DNA of 64,000 nt from NCBI RefSeq assembly GCF_964204645.1, contig NC_134030.1:16244110-16308109 (forward strand), written 5' to 3'. This DNA comes from Tubulanus polymorphus. Its lineage: Eukaryota > Animalia > Nemertea. Made by a program: the position numbers and the translations under genes. Position 1 is the stretch's first letter. The number at the start of each line of letters is the position of its first letter. The notes beneath the pieces are model-generated. The model saw only the letters and a program-made list of their open reading frames with translations. It did no database searches and had not been told where the DNA came from. Shown here one piece after another: positions 26,327 through 39,644 of the stretch.

Positions 26327-29300
26327 CCGGTATTCGGTTAGCTCTTGGTTAGCCAGAAGTTTTACCATACAGACTCAGACTAGATGATTTAATTAAATCT
26401 TTGAATCAAAATATTGTCACTGGAGTAAATATATATTCCTTATTACACTTTCAGCAGTAATCATATTTTACATGTAAATTGAAGGTATTACTGTCATCTA
26501 AAGTTAATAAGGTATTAGAATCGCAAAATTTAAGTTGTTCAAAACCAACATGAAAATGAGAAGAAATACACGATATCCGTGTATGGTGAATAACGAGACA
26601 AATCCCACAATGAATTCAGCTAAATATCAAATGTTCTACGAGCAATGTTTCGGCTAATGCTATTAGCCATCATCCGGCCCCCGTCAACATGAAAATATTG
26701 ATACGTAAATCGAATCCATATCATAAGCATACTTATTATTGTACAAATGAATTTAGGAAATACGACAAATTAACAGTTCATTAATACTTAAATAAAGCTT
26801 AAAGTTATCGCACAGTTCACATCGCTCGCAAGCAGCTCGCAAGTTAAAAAGATTTCATCGCCAATTAAAATATATTACAAGCTCGAAGTTAAGATATTCC
26901 AAATTAAGAGTTCTTTATTTCTAATATTTTATCGCACAGCACAGTGAAATATACCACAAGTTAAAAAGAGTTATTTAGTTCGAATTAAAAGATAGTATGA
27001 ATAAAAAGTTCATTAATTTCATTTATTCTATGAATTTATTTAAAGATTTATTTCAACAAAAGAGTTCAATGCACAGTTCAGATATATTGCAGTTGTATTG
27101 TGGATGAATATGTTTGAATAAATATCGTGCTTTCAAATGTTCTTGAAAAATCGCCAAGTGAGGATTTTACCTAGGGGATTTTTACCTACAACCATCTAAA
27201 ATGCCCCAGGCCCTAAATCCAGTAGGTTTATGGCGAATGGTTAAGATTAGGAATGTATAAACAATATAATTGTTGAAACAGTATTTTGTCTCCCGATGAT
27301 TTGATTTGCAGGTCAGACTTATTGTTGACCAAAGTTCTTAAAGTGAATTGCTTTAAAGTAATAAATATCAATGAAACAATATCATAAATTTTGAGGTGAG
27401 TTATTTTGTAATAATCCAATTTAAGTGCACTCCGATGCATGCCAAATTTTTATAAATTCATTTATAAACTTAATTTATACATTTTCCCTCCTCACTTATT
27501 CATTCTATATTAGTTTTACTAATGAACCTAACAGTGGCTTGTGCCTAATATCAATAAGCAGCGATTGGGTGCCGCCTCTCTGTGTTAATCTATCACGAAA
27601 GATTTAACTCGATTAGAGCCGCTGAAAACGTATTTCTTTGCAGCCTAGAGTTTATGCATACATGTTCTAAATCAAGACAATATGCTCTATATCAGAGCCT
27701 ATACTAAAGCATGCACTCATAATTCGTTTAAGAGTCCGAGGCTTAATTGTGAGAGTTGTTATACAATGAGTAATTAAATGGTGGGATTACAATGGGAGAG
27801 ATCATTTCATCAGCCACATCGTTGCCCCAGGGAGTTAGTTATATTCGTTATAGCCAAAATACCTTGACCATGGACTCTAAAACGTTTTAATGTCTAAATC
27901 GTTTTAGAGTCCATGACTCGACAGAATATAAAAATTTGCCCAGAAAAAGTTATGCATATTCCAACAAAAAAGAATCAATAAAGACTTATATTATTTGAAT
28001 TTAAATGAAGAGACGAGTAGTAGTTTAAAGGTTAACCTATTTATTTCGACGCACGAGCTTTCGCTTCTTATGTATAGAAGCTTCAATGAGTGAATTATTA
28101 GAATTGGTGCATTTAGTAAATTTCGGAAACAAAACCTAGTCTTAAGAATTACAAAGTTTCAAAGAATTTTGTTCCCTTATGATATTGAATGGTATGAAAT
28201 TGAAGTGTCCCTAATGAAATATCTTTATGTAAGTTCAACTAACTTACCCAGTTAGTGATGATAGTTGAATAATTAACAAAATAATAGTTGGAATATCGTT
28301 TAGGACAAATTAGGATTTTACCGGGTAAGTTTTTTCCTAATAGGCTACCTTTTTGAAGAGCATACATCCTGAGATACGTATACAAAAATTCGTTTGACGC
28401 TAAATGCAGAGTTTTCACGGTAGAACATATTTGGACATCAATTAATCACGTGAAGGGGATGAAATGACAATTTGTCACTGCTGAGCTTATTTTCCTTCAC
28501 TGAACTTTTTCCAAGTTTTTTTTCAATATTCTCTAATCCGACAGTATATACGCTGCGTACTAACTGTACACAATTTCGGGTTTGGGTTGTTTTTGAAAAA
28601 AAAACAGATTCCCAGAAAATTGTAATTTTTGGGTTCTTGAAAACGGTCAATATGGTATAGTAGGTTAATGTATAAACCGCATAGAATCGCTACAATAAAC
28701 AAAATGTATCAAGGAAAATATATATTTCAGAACACGATCGATTTTACTGAATTTAGCCTCATCGTGTAGGATAAAATGAACTTCTGTTGATATTGCGATT
28801 GTGCTGTCGTTAGCTGTCGCATAGCTTATTCGACTCGCTATCGAAAGTAACAAAACAATTGTCACATGTGTCAATGAACTTATCGCTATTCGAAGTAATG
28901 TGCGTATTGAAAAAATTCTCAAGCACTTCGAATTTCCGATTGCTTAATCGGCAAATTTGCATTCGAAATATTAAGCCGATCTATTCTAATTCATACCTGG
29001 TCGTGTTATAAGCAATTCAAGCGTTTAGATGGTACTTTATAATAAAATGAAATAGATTGATTGATGAAATACAAAACAAGTCAAACAAACTCAACTAACT
29101 GACTACTGCCGAGTTATTTGTACTTGATGAAAGAACATATTCTAGATACTGACATTGGCTCGAACCTTGATTATTGTCTAACTTGTACTATAACTAACAT
29201 GCCAATGGATGTGTACATGCGCCTTTCTGATTGGCTAGAATCCTTGCATTCGATAGAAACTGACGGCATCAGTGAACTAACGGGGAAATTAGAATTGCAT

Positions 29301-30255
29301 GTTTGACCACGGATTCTTCGTTTTTGAGTCCATGGTTTTGGCTCTGGTTTTATCGTGAGTTTGATTAACGTACATTGTAGAGAACAATGGTGGGGATTCC
29401 AATAACGTGCAGCTTTTATTCAGAAAGAGTATCATTACGTATATACATATAGAAATTAATACAATAACTTTAATCAGAATTATCTCATCACGCAGAACCA
29501 GTGAAATAGCCGTTGTAAAGCCGCAAAGTAAATTGAATGAAATTGACATAATGTCAACATCTTACAGTCAACAAATAAAACATATTGTACAATAATGAAC
29601 GAATCAATGAGTAGTGTTCACGCATTTGTTTCCATTTCATAAGAATCAATTCCAAACAGATGAATCAGATTCGAATTTTTGCTTCTTCGTTATGCGAAGT
29701 TTTTTTTTTTATATCAGGGACTCTTTAACGATTAAGGTTTTAGAGTCCATTGTTTTATGAATATCTTATGATTTCTCAACTTACATCAAATACTTAGGAA
29801 TGCCATTGAAAGATTTTCAAACCATTGAACGTTTGGGTAAAAAGTTCTGCTAAATTTGATTACCATCGGCTTTTTAGATAATCTCCACGAAGGTCACAAT
29901 TTTAGTGATTTGACCTTGGGAGGTTTAAACCTCCCGAATCCAATTTGCGAAATATCGGTCCTCTTTGTCGGCGGTAATGAAAGAATACATAGAGCGAAGT
30001 TTCTATTATGCGCCGGCCGCATTTTGTCCACGAATAGCTTACGTAATAAATTGAAAGTCGAGATCACAGGCGGATATAGCGCTCTATGGCCCAGGCTCAA
30101 TTCATAAACTGGTCCGCAAATAAAGTGTTTAGAAGTACAATTGACACGTTTGTACGATTTTGCGCTGTAAATTTATCATTTTTCAGGACTCCAGGACCAG
30201 AAATTGGCAATATTTTTGATACAAACTGAGAAAGATTTCAAAACATTTGGGAACG
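22588..30255. mobile_element. 7.7-kb non-autonomous DNA element with about 400-bp TIRs, splitting BEL pol
   Basis: 22588-22990 is an imperfect reverse complement of 29852-30255 (CGTTCTCAAATGTTTTGA / TCAAAACATTTGGGAACG); BEL coding sequence resumes on both sides. Confidence 0.85.
25254..26342 (+). mobile_element. 5'-truncated non-LTR retrotransposon (RTEX/L2-like 3' end) with (TATC)n tail
   Basis: ORF 25333-26148 with VYGELGRYPL and IEKGRY...RLCTKC...DEFHFIFIC; AATAAA then (TATC)n at 26289-26326. Confidence 0.85.
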
Positions 30256-33200
30256 TCGATTTTAACTCGAATAAGTAAAGAGTCAGACTCCATATCCCAT
30301 AATACGCCAAGAGTACGCTCCATAGGCAGTTGCTCAATATTGAAATCTAAATCTTTTATCGTTTTTGCCCTTTCGGTCTCTGGCACGCTTTCAAGTACCT
30401 GTCGAGAATTCGATGAAATTTGAGTTAACCGAAATCCCCCTTTAGCTAAAATTTCGATCAATTGGCTCAAAAGTCTTACTGCGTCGTGAACAGTCCCGAC
30501 GGATTTCAAACAATCGTCTACATAAAAATTACGCAGAACGGTATCAGTTACAGTAGCATCGAATAATTCTGTGTTGTCCAATGCGCACCTTCGAAGAGCA
30601 AAACTGCTGCAAGAAGGCGAAGATGTTGCACCAAAAAGATGCACGCGCATTTTGTATTCATCTGGATTAGCGTCTAAATTACGATTCGTCCACCATAAAA
30701 ACCGTAAGGCATCGCACAACGACGGCGTCAATCGGACTTGGTGGAACATTCCTTCAATATCCGCAATAAAGGCTATTCTTTCTTGCCTGAATCTTGTCAA
30801 AACTCCAAGCAGGGAGTTCGTCAAGTCCGGGCCTTGAAGAAGATGATCGTTCAACGAGAATTCCAAATATTTCGATGAACAATTAAACACGACTCTGATT
30901 TTCTTTTTTGTAGGGTGATATACATTGTGATGTGGTAGGTACCAGACCATACCGTCGTCTCGATCTAAGTCAATTGTAGGAACTTTCTCACAGAATCCAG
31001 ATTTTATCATGTCATCAAGGAAATCGGCATATTCTTTCAACAACTTGGGGTCGCTGAGAAAACGTTTTTTCAAACTTTTCAAACGATGTAAAGCGATGTT
31101 AGAGTGACGGATGATTCCATAATCTCTAAAGCCCGTTTGTCTTCTTGAGACATGCATTTAGTATCATCCGAAATTCGATCATTGAATTTTAAGTCGCAAT
31201 ATAGCTGAAATTGTCTCGTCAGTTCGCTGTCGCGTCTATCTTCGTTTCTTTTTATGCTAAAGGCCATTTTGTTGGTTACACATGTACTCCCACCAAGAGG
31301 ACCATTGACAGCCCACCCAAATATAGTTTTGACAGCGTGGGGCCCTCCGTTGGTGCTACTTATGACCTCTAAGGGCTCCAACACGTGATGATTGTCATTA
31401 CCTACGATTAGCCCAACGTAAGCATTGACGTCAGCTAAAACAACACCGCTTAAATACGAGTATCCGTTTAAATCGGACTGTCTGGGAATGTCTTTCTCAG
31501 ACATAGGCAAAGAAGGTCTCGAAAATACATTTGTCAATTCCGTATTTCATGTTCCATCTAAGTCCGATACTTTCAAGTCAGTTACGTAAGATTGAGTCAG
31601 ATTGTCAGCCTCTGTCGAAGTTGATAACGATAGGTTAGTTTGACGCAAGTCACTGTAAATAAATCCTAAATCTTTTATCAGATTTTCTTTGCAGAATGTA
31701 GAGGTGCTGCCGGTATCTAACAAGGCGTATGTAATAAATTCGAATCCACCACAACCCTTGATTTTCACTGGCACTATTGGCAAACCTATGCGACGTGTAA
31801 TATTTTGTTTAACGCACTGGTTGGTTGCAGATAAACTTTGCCCATTATCTGTCACATTGCCAGTTGCCGTCGATGGCTGTGGTGAATTACGATTAACGTG
31901 GTGAATCATTCCTCCGTAAGCCGATTCATACAAGGTACAGAACTACTATTGACAACGTTTGGCGACAAAGTGTATCTGTGCAATAGCGTGTTGTGTCGAC
32001 TGTGACATACTTCGCAGAATTCCCTACTTTGACATTGCTGCTCGATATGGTTTTGACCTAAACATAAAAAACATAACCGCTTCTGCTTCAATACCTTAAC
32101 CCTCTGGTCATATGAGTACCCTCTGAATTTGTAGCAGTTTTTACAAACAATGATTACTAACTGAACACAATTGACAAACCGTAGAACTGGGTGTTCTAAC
32201 AGTATCGAGATTAACTCGTTGATTTTGATTACGATTCATACATTGATTATACGAGCTGATAGCAAAATTACGCTGGCCCAACTGACCGACTGGATTATTA
32301 GGTTTTCGATAATCGCCTTTGGATAAAGAGCTTTGACCACTTAAATCGGATATTTTATAACCATCGGAAAGCTTACCGAAAACCGGATGATTTAACACTC
32401 TAGCATCCGATTGAACAAAATTAGAAATATCGTCAAGTCGAATTTCGCGATCATTAAACGTAGTGATATAATCTGCTTTGACATGCCATTTTTTACGCAA
32501 ATCATAAGGGAGTCTAGCTATAATTCGGCGCAGATTATCTGGGTTTTCAACCTTACTTAAGTAGCCTATTTCACCCAAAGTATTCTTACAACTTATAAGT
32601 TTCATAGAGTAATTATGGAGAGCTTGACCATCTTCTGATTTTATCACCGGGCCTTCAATTAAATTATCAACAAGTACTGATGCAATTATATAATTGTTAC
32701 CGTAGTGTTCTTTCAACAAACGCTTCGCCTCTGAGTACCAGATGTCTGGTGGTTGCTCCATGCAGCTTCGCACTAACTCTTTCACCTCACCGCGCGTATA
32801 TTGCATTAGATAATACAGCCTTTGGCTACTGCAATCGGTTTTACTTTCGATTATATTTTCAAAAGCTTTTACGAAATAGCAATATTCAATCGGATCACCG
32901 CCGAAAATTGGCACTTCCTGTTGTGGTAAAGCCATTCGTTTTAGACTTTTTACCATCGCAGCAAGATCACTATCACTATTGCCTGTTGACGCAGCTACGG
33001 AATCCGAAACCACAGGACTTTGAACTTTGGTTGCCTTTTCTAGCAACTCGCGATACTTTTTCTCTTCCCGATCGAAATACATATATGAATTTTCAATGTC
33101 ATCATCTTCGATATACAGACAATGAACGGCGTCGTGCGCGTTTTCGAACTTTTCCCACGATTGTGTAACGTCGTCGATTAATTTCTTTACATCATCATAC

Positions 33201-33334
33201 GGTAGCCCTTCTTTTAACGCCTTCCGAAGGATGTTGCTTCTTTTTGTGACGTTGGCCTTGAAACCCGCTCTCGATTTAACCTTCTCGTCAAGTGATGCCA
33301 TCTCCCACGTCATAAACAGTGTTGCAAATGACAA
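30256..33334 (-). pseudogene. gag-pol: BEL/Pao gag, protease and reverse transcriptase (5' part), with stops and frameshifts
   Basis: FGGDPIEY gag motif, CFLCLGQNHIEQQC and CEVCHSRHNTLLH knuckles, ALLDTGS protease, WYLPHH, LLQGPDL, ADIEGMFHQ, HLFGATSSP, FYVDD. Confidence 0.95.
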
Positions 33335-33443
33335 ACGAAGTCAGTAGATACTTCTCATTGATGCGTTTATTTTCAAATTACGACGACAAAAACAAACGAC
33401 GAATATAACACGTTTCTACAAAAACAAATATTATAAGGGTAGG

Positions 33444-33780
33444 AAATGTTCTAAACAGTTACAATAATCAATCTATATAAATTTGCACAAAACTTACATG
33501 ACGACTGAGGGAGATTCCAATATAGCAAGCACACAGACCAGCACTGATACTCCGAGGAGCTCCAACGACCAAGTGCCAAAAATATTACACAAAATGCGGG
33601 AGTAACCCGGAAACGGATATGCCAATAAACTTTGAGGCGGGAAAATAACAATACCAGACAACAACAACAATACAGCACAATACTACAGAATACTGGAATA
33701 CTGACAAGAGAACGAACAAAAGAACGACCAACTACCGTTACACTTTATACAAACAAATAACTTTACATATAACATATACA
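33444..33780 (-). repeat. Candidate 5' LTR of the BEL/Pao element
   Basis: TGT...AACA-bounded segment just upstream of gag; no second copy in the window to confirm it. Confidence 0.35.
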
Positions 33781-33910
33781 TTGACTTCACAGTTGGGTTG
33801 AATCGTCCATATCATCCGAATCTATATTCTGAATATTCCAAGAAAAACAAAATTTTAGCTTATAGGACAAAGTACAAAATGTCCAAATTGGGCCGGAAAA
33901 TGCAACTTAC

Positions 33911-35545
33911 CTTTGTGTGCAAGTATATTCTAGGCACTTGTGTTAAAGAACAATGCTGACTGATGTAACCATTCACTGTAAACTGCTCTCCTGATGAAAG
34001 CGTATCAGGCAATTCCATACCAGTGAAATTTGCCAAGAAAATATCTAAGTCTTTGAGACGCAACTGCTTAGCTATTGATTTACCAGATGGAAGAAATAGT
34101 TTGCAACAAATTCTATGTAGCTCCGTTTTTGTCAAACACTTATCAACATCGATGGGATGTGACCCGCCACCTTTCGACTGGGGCACAAGTTCAAAGCATT
34201 TCTTGGAACAATTGTAGTGCTTCCAACCAACTTTAATGCGACGAGAATTCTTAAATGCGTTTTTATTCTCTAGTTTCGATTCAGGACCGGTACTTCCTTT
34301 CTTGTTGAGCTTGGATGTAGCTTTTGAATTCTTTTTGAGCGAAGTCCTTAATCTATTGAGTATGCCTGCGCTGCCATTAATACTGCTATTTGTGCTATCC
34401 CATTCTATGAAAAAAAATTGTCATATGTACAGGCAAAAGATACAAATACCGGCGTTTATTCAAATAAGCCATACAAAATTCACTTAACATTTAAAGGTGC
34501 ATGGATGGATCACGCTCCAAAAAGGCCACAGTCCTATATTTTCATAATAATTACCATGTTCCGTACTTCGACACTTATGTCGAAGTCTCAGGCGGTCTCC
34601 CACTGCCGTTACACCTAACCGCGAAAAATCTGCATCAGTCAAGAGAGGGATATCGTTCAATTCAATCTGAAAAAGTAGAAATTTAGAAATCTCTTGAAAT
34701 CACAAGTAATCAGTCTATTTCAACTTATTTTGGCAGACTGGTGGCCTAGCTCAGTCAGTTCTGGTAGTAGGTAGCCTAATACCGGTATCTCAAAAGGACC
34801 AGCACAGATGGAACTAAAGCATCTTTTATGGATATAGTTTTTGTATATATTTTACACTGTATTGGATGATTGCCAAAAAGTCTCATTCAAAAGGGTCATA
34901 AAAAAAGTTTGATTAGAAATGAAAAATGATAATACGAGACTTTTTGGCAATCTACTGACATTCTGGCGCATGACTTCGCGGCGCGAAAATATCTTTGGCT
35001 TTATACGAAGTGAAAAAAAAATTAGGTCATGCAGGGAATTGTCGCCCACGGATGTGCCAAATTAAGAAAAAGGCATTATATTGTCTTAAATAGAGATGTA
35101 CCTCATTTACGTGGATCCAGTTTCACAGATGAGTTTAGATGTGATTCCGAATAAAAACAATGAAAATGCACTGATTTTAACTCAAATTTTACTCTTGTGA
35201 CTCACAACTGTGGAACTGGATCCTGGGCCCAGTTCCACAGTTGTTCATTTTCAATGAGTTAACTCTGAGTCAAATCTTAACCCGGAACTGTGGAACTGGA
35301 CCACCTGGTGTAGCAAGTAAATTGGCATCACCCGTATTTTGAAGACCCTCGGATTTAGAGGACACCTGCGTATTGAAGCACTCCACTCACACGCTCAACT
35401 TCCCTTTCTTCGGAATCAAAAGGGAATCCATATGTACTGCCCCAGCGGGTGCAACTTAGATGGCCTATATCGTACCTTGTTTTCACGAAAAATAGGTATG
35501 AGGGAACCCATACCTAATTCTTCCAGGATTTCATCCAACATATTC
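33911..35545 (-). pseudogene. Relic spliced gene inside the 17-kb transposon (probable accessory protein)
   Basis: MLDEILEELGMGSLIPIF exon-like piece near 35477-35545; RIKVGWKHY...GGGSH...LFLPSGKS...RIYLHTK ending at a GTAAGT donor near 33910. Confidence 0.45.
35112..35304. mobile_element. Two adjacent tiny MITEs with CCAGTTYCACAG / CTGTGGAACTGG ends
   Basis: Two consecutive inverted-repeat pairs. Confidence 0.6.
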
Positions 35546-36578
35546 TAGAAAGAAAGGTTATATTTGCAAGCTTACATCAAGGCTAATGCAGTTCTGTGAC
35601 ACTAAACCAGATCAATAATATATGTATGGGCTATTTGCAGCGAAAGAGCCACATTGCACTTTACCCGATGAAAGTAGAAGTGTGACCTCGTAAGATAAGC
35701 GGGACTTAAATTTCAAAAGTGGGTCAGTTACTAGTCCCGGCCGACCCTCCCCCCCCCCCCACCCGACGTAACACCCCAAATGTGGCACAGCCGTAGGCTT
35801 ATATGGTATGCTTTACTTACTATGGTGCATACATTCCCAGCAAGCGTCGAGTGTAGCGTTCCACATCAGTTACCACAATGAGGACGTACTCAACTTTTTG
35901 TTGAAGAAAAAACGTACTAAAAAGAATTATTTCGTTTTAACGAGGCAATAAAACGAAAAAGTTCATTTTATCGCGCGATAAAACGACTTTTTCTCGTTTT
36001 ATTGGGCAATAAAACGACTTTTTCTTGTATTATCGCGGAAATTTTCGTTTTATCGCGCTATTTTTCGTTTTAACGTGGCAATAAAACGAAAAAGTTCGTT
36101 TTATCGCGCGATAAAACGACTTTTTTTTGTTTTATCGCTGTAATTTCTCGTTTTAACGTGGTAATTTTCGTTTTATCGCGCAATAAAACGACTTTTAAGC
36201 GTCCGCAAAAAAAAATTTGTAACGTTTGTGATTTTTTTATTACATGGCCCGAATCAGCCACCATATGAAAGGCATCATCAATGTCATAGACATTAAATTG
36301 GGACTTGCCTCGAGCCACCGTGGTTGTGAACGGTTTAGTAATATACATACTGATATATCATAATAAAATTTCTCAACAAACAATTATATCATAATTGAAT
36401 CTTTTTTCAGTATACTAACAATTTTAATGGACTTTCAGCTAGCTGTAGGGTGAGGTTAGACTAGAGCGAGTGGACTCTCTTTGTTTTAGTTAATTTATGT
36501 GGATTCCAGCGGCAGTGCGCCGTCCATGTTGGTACCAGTGATTCACTAATGCGCAATCTATGAAGATAAAAGCACGTT

Positions 36579-38033
36579 TATGGGCGGCCATTCCCGCCAA
36601 AAATCAGCGTTTCGTCTATTTGTCTGTACTTTGACAAAATGTCATAGTACACCGCCAAAATGTGTAAGCGTAACGTCAAATTGTGTAATGCGGCTAAATA
36701 ACACAGGGGGGCGACACTGTACGGACAGTATTTTGCGGTATTTTTCTCGCTTTGCGATCATCTCAAGGTCGTCTCATTGAAATAATTTTGCGAGTATCAA
36801 ATCGACAAATCGTATCATATTCCCTAAACCCAATAAAATGAATTTATTATTACTTTATTAGTTAACTCGGAACTCATAAACTCAAGATGTCGTCTCAGGT
36901 ATGGAGGCCATATATGGAAGCCCTGAGACGACACCTTGGGTTCATGAGTTCCCAAGTTCATAACTTCCAGAGTTTATGATATTTCTTCACCCAGCACTGG
37001 CAGTGGTTGTCTCCACCAGTGATGTCCGTCGCTCTACGATCCTAGTGTAACCAACTGTGGTACAACTGTGGTACATCAGACACTAAGATTCTTGGTGAAG
37101 ATATTTCGAGTTTATTTGGGCATGTACAACACTATGAAATTATGCGATAGAATCCTATTATAAGGATGTTAAATCCGATTACGTCATGAATTAACTAAAA
37201 AAATGATGTCCAGCATCAACCAAGACTGGTTGACTGTGCCCAATTCTGCACTGGCAGTCATATGAAGTCGACCGGCAACCAGTCTATCATCAGACATCAG
37301 CTTTCTTAATGGTTTATAGAAAATAAATAGATGTTTAAAAATTTCTCATAACGAGCGTTTGTTATCTTTTTCATCATTAAAACCTGAGCAGATTCATCGA
37401 GAGTCACCGGTTAATCGGAGTCACCCTTCTCTCTAGCCCGCGCACAGAAAATCCGAGCTACCTACCAGAGGAGGAACGGAGGCGCCCTTCAACATACCAT
37501 TAATCGCTGGTTATTCAGTGTCGTCTGAGCCTGAGACCCGGGTCTTTGATAGAGCATCGTGTTTACATTCGACGTTTCGGTATCGCAGGCTTTTTTCATT
37601 AGACGAACTCATGAACTTGAGAACTCAGGAAGTTATGAACTCGGAACTCATGAACTCAAGATGTCGTCTCAGGGCTTCCATGGGTTTACGGCAAAGTATT
37701 TACTTCCGCTATTTTACCGTACATTATTACTATATATTATAGTATTAACAAACTAAAGTAACAATAAAATCATTTTATTGGGTTTGGGGAATATGATACG
37801 ATTTGTCGATTTGATACTCGCAAAATTATTTCAATGAAACGACCTTGAGATGATCGCAATGCGAGAAGATATACCGCAAAATACTGTCCGTACAGTGTCG
37901 CCCTCCTGTGTTATTTAGCCGCATTACACAATTTGACGTTACGCTAACACATTTTGGCGGTGTACTATGACATTTTGTCGAAGTACAGAAAAATAGACGA
38001 AACGCTGATTTTTGGCGGGAATGGCCGCCCATA
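36579..38033. mobile_element. 1.45-kb non-autonomous TIR element with 6-bp TSD CACGTT (IS3EU-like)
   Basis: About 320-bp TIRs starting TATGGGCGGCC; CACGTT at 36573-36578 and 38034-38039. Confidence 0.9.
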
Positions 38034-38635
38034 CACGTTACCCCGTAGTAATTTAGCTTATTTACCGTTATTTCGATGCATAACAAAGGTTCCCATCATC
38101 GATTTGATCCCATTTCAGGTTAACGTTCAAGTTTATTTATTCCAGAAATAAAACATGTGCAACATGATGATGTATACAATTGATTTAAGAACAGTTTGAT
38201 ATTTAAATATTGAATATATATCAAGATGCTAGAAGAGATGATTAGGTAACAATTTACATTTCTATGAGGGCCAAGCAAAGCATATAGAAGCGCCGCTGAA
38301 GCGAGCGCCAAGCAGAGGGACAATGAATTAAAAGATAGGATATTTTTTTGTGTATCATGTGCAGTTAAAACAGGTTGGATTGTTTGAAATGTGATTATCT
38401 GTGTAGAAGGAAATAAGATATGATTTTATTTTGTGTTTCATTGTATGATTATTCATTTGAAGTGAGACTACGGAGTCTTGCCACATGATTGATAGAATGG
38501 AAGCTGTGCAGGAACAAGTATTTAGACTTGGCAATGTTTTGAAGATAACGAGTACTCGATAAAGTTGAATATTACGACATTTTGAATTGTGACGATGTGA
38601 TGATCCCACGCGAGTAGGCTATATGTATTAAAGTC

Positions 38636-39637
38636 GGGTACTTCTTAAGTACTAAACGACGAAATATTAAACGAAATTAAGAAATACGCAACGAAATTAC
38701 AAAATATGAAACGAAATTACGAAATGCTTAAGTACGAAACAAAATACGTAACGAAATGCTCTACGAAACGAAAGGACCATTCTCGCGTCTCCTACTAAAG
38801 TATGAAATGAACGTGCGAAATTGTAATTTTTTCGATAAATAAACCGGACTCGTGGAGCTGGCTTAAACATGCGCACCCAGTCTAGTGTGGCAGGTTTCCG
38901 CGCCGTGGCTGAGTTTAGCGATGTCATCATGTTCGAATCCCCGCGGGAAGAATGATCTGCGCATGCTCATAACGCCCCTCGAGTTGTATATTATACAACT
39001 CGAGGGGACCGATTAATAAATTACGGGTTAGAGAACGAAGTTTGCATTAAAACATATCCTGCCGTGTTAAGGCTAGACAATGATACCTTGTTTCTCCACT
39101 CTGCTGAGCTTAGATGTTGACCCGGCCGCCTAATCATGATCGGACATACAATAACAGACCCGGCAGCTTTAACAATCTTAACTTGTCAAATCCAAAGATT
39201 TCATGACCCGCCCGCTGCGGAGAAACAAGGTATTCATTTTTTAGGCTTCATGTTTGGTTTCCTGGAAACCCTCACTTTGAATTTGCGCTGATCAGGTGAC
39301 TTTCTGGTTCCTTAAAGCGTATCATCCACGATGAATTAGGAAATGAAATAACGACCACACACTTCAGATTTCGATGTATATACATCGTGGGTCTCAAAAT
39401 GTCAATAAGGTAAAAATATTTCAGTTTAAGAATATAGATTCCTTTAAACTTTTAAGATCATTTACATGTGCTCCAAAAATTGTGACAGTCCCTTGGCGTT
39501 ATAGCGAGCTTTAGCTATAGTATGGTCGTATTTGAAATATGACCATTTTGTTTCGTAATTTAGCACTTCTCGCAAAAGAATTAACATTTCGTAATTTCGC
39601 TTCGTAATTTCGTCGTTTTAGTACTTTAGCAGCACCC
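38636..39637. mobile_element. About 1-kb MITE with ACGAAAT subterminal arrays
   Basis: GGGTACTTCTTAAGTACTAAACGACGAAAT versus ATTTCGTCGTTTTAGTACTTTAGCAGCACCC. Confidence 0.7.
39083..39233. mobile_element. 151-bp MITE with perfect 15-bp TIRs
   Basis: ATACCTTGTTTCTCC ... GGAGAAACAAGGTAT. Confidence 0.7.
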
Positions 39638-39644
39638 TGCAAAG

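Larger units (their letters stand above)
19159..36265. mobile_element. 17.1-kb DNA transposon with long arrayed TIRs and 6-bp TSD TGAAAG (IS3EU-like), carrying nested insertions
   Basis: 19159-19500 is the reverse complement of 35930-36265; termini TATGG...CCATA; TGAAAG at 19153-19158 and 36266-36271. Confidence 0.85.

Noticed and set aside
38900-38950. tRNA gene (GTTCGAATCC B-box-like motif)
   Set aside because: No cloverleaf could be built; at most a SINE-like remnant. The same applies to the A-box-like motif near 34741.
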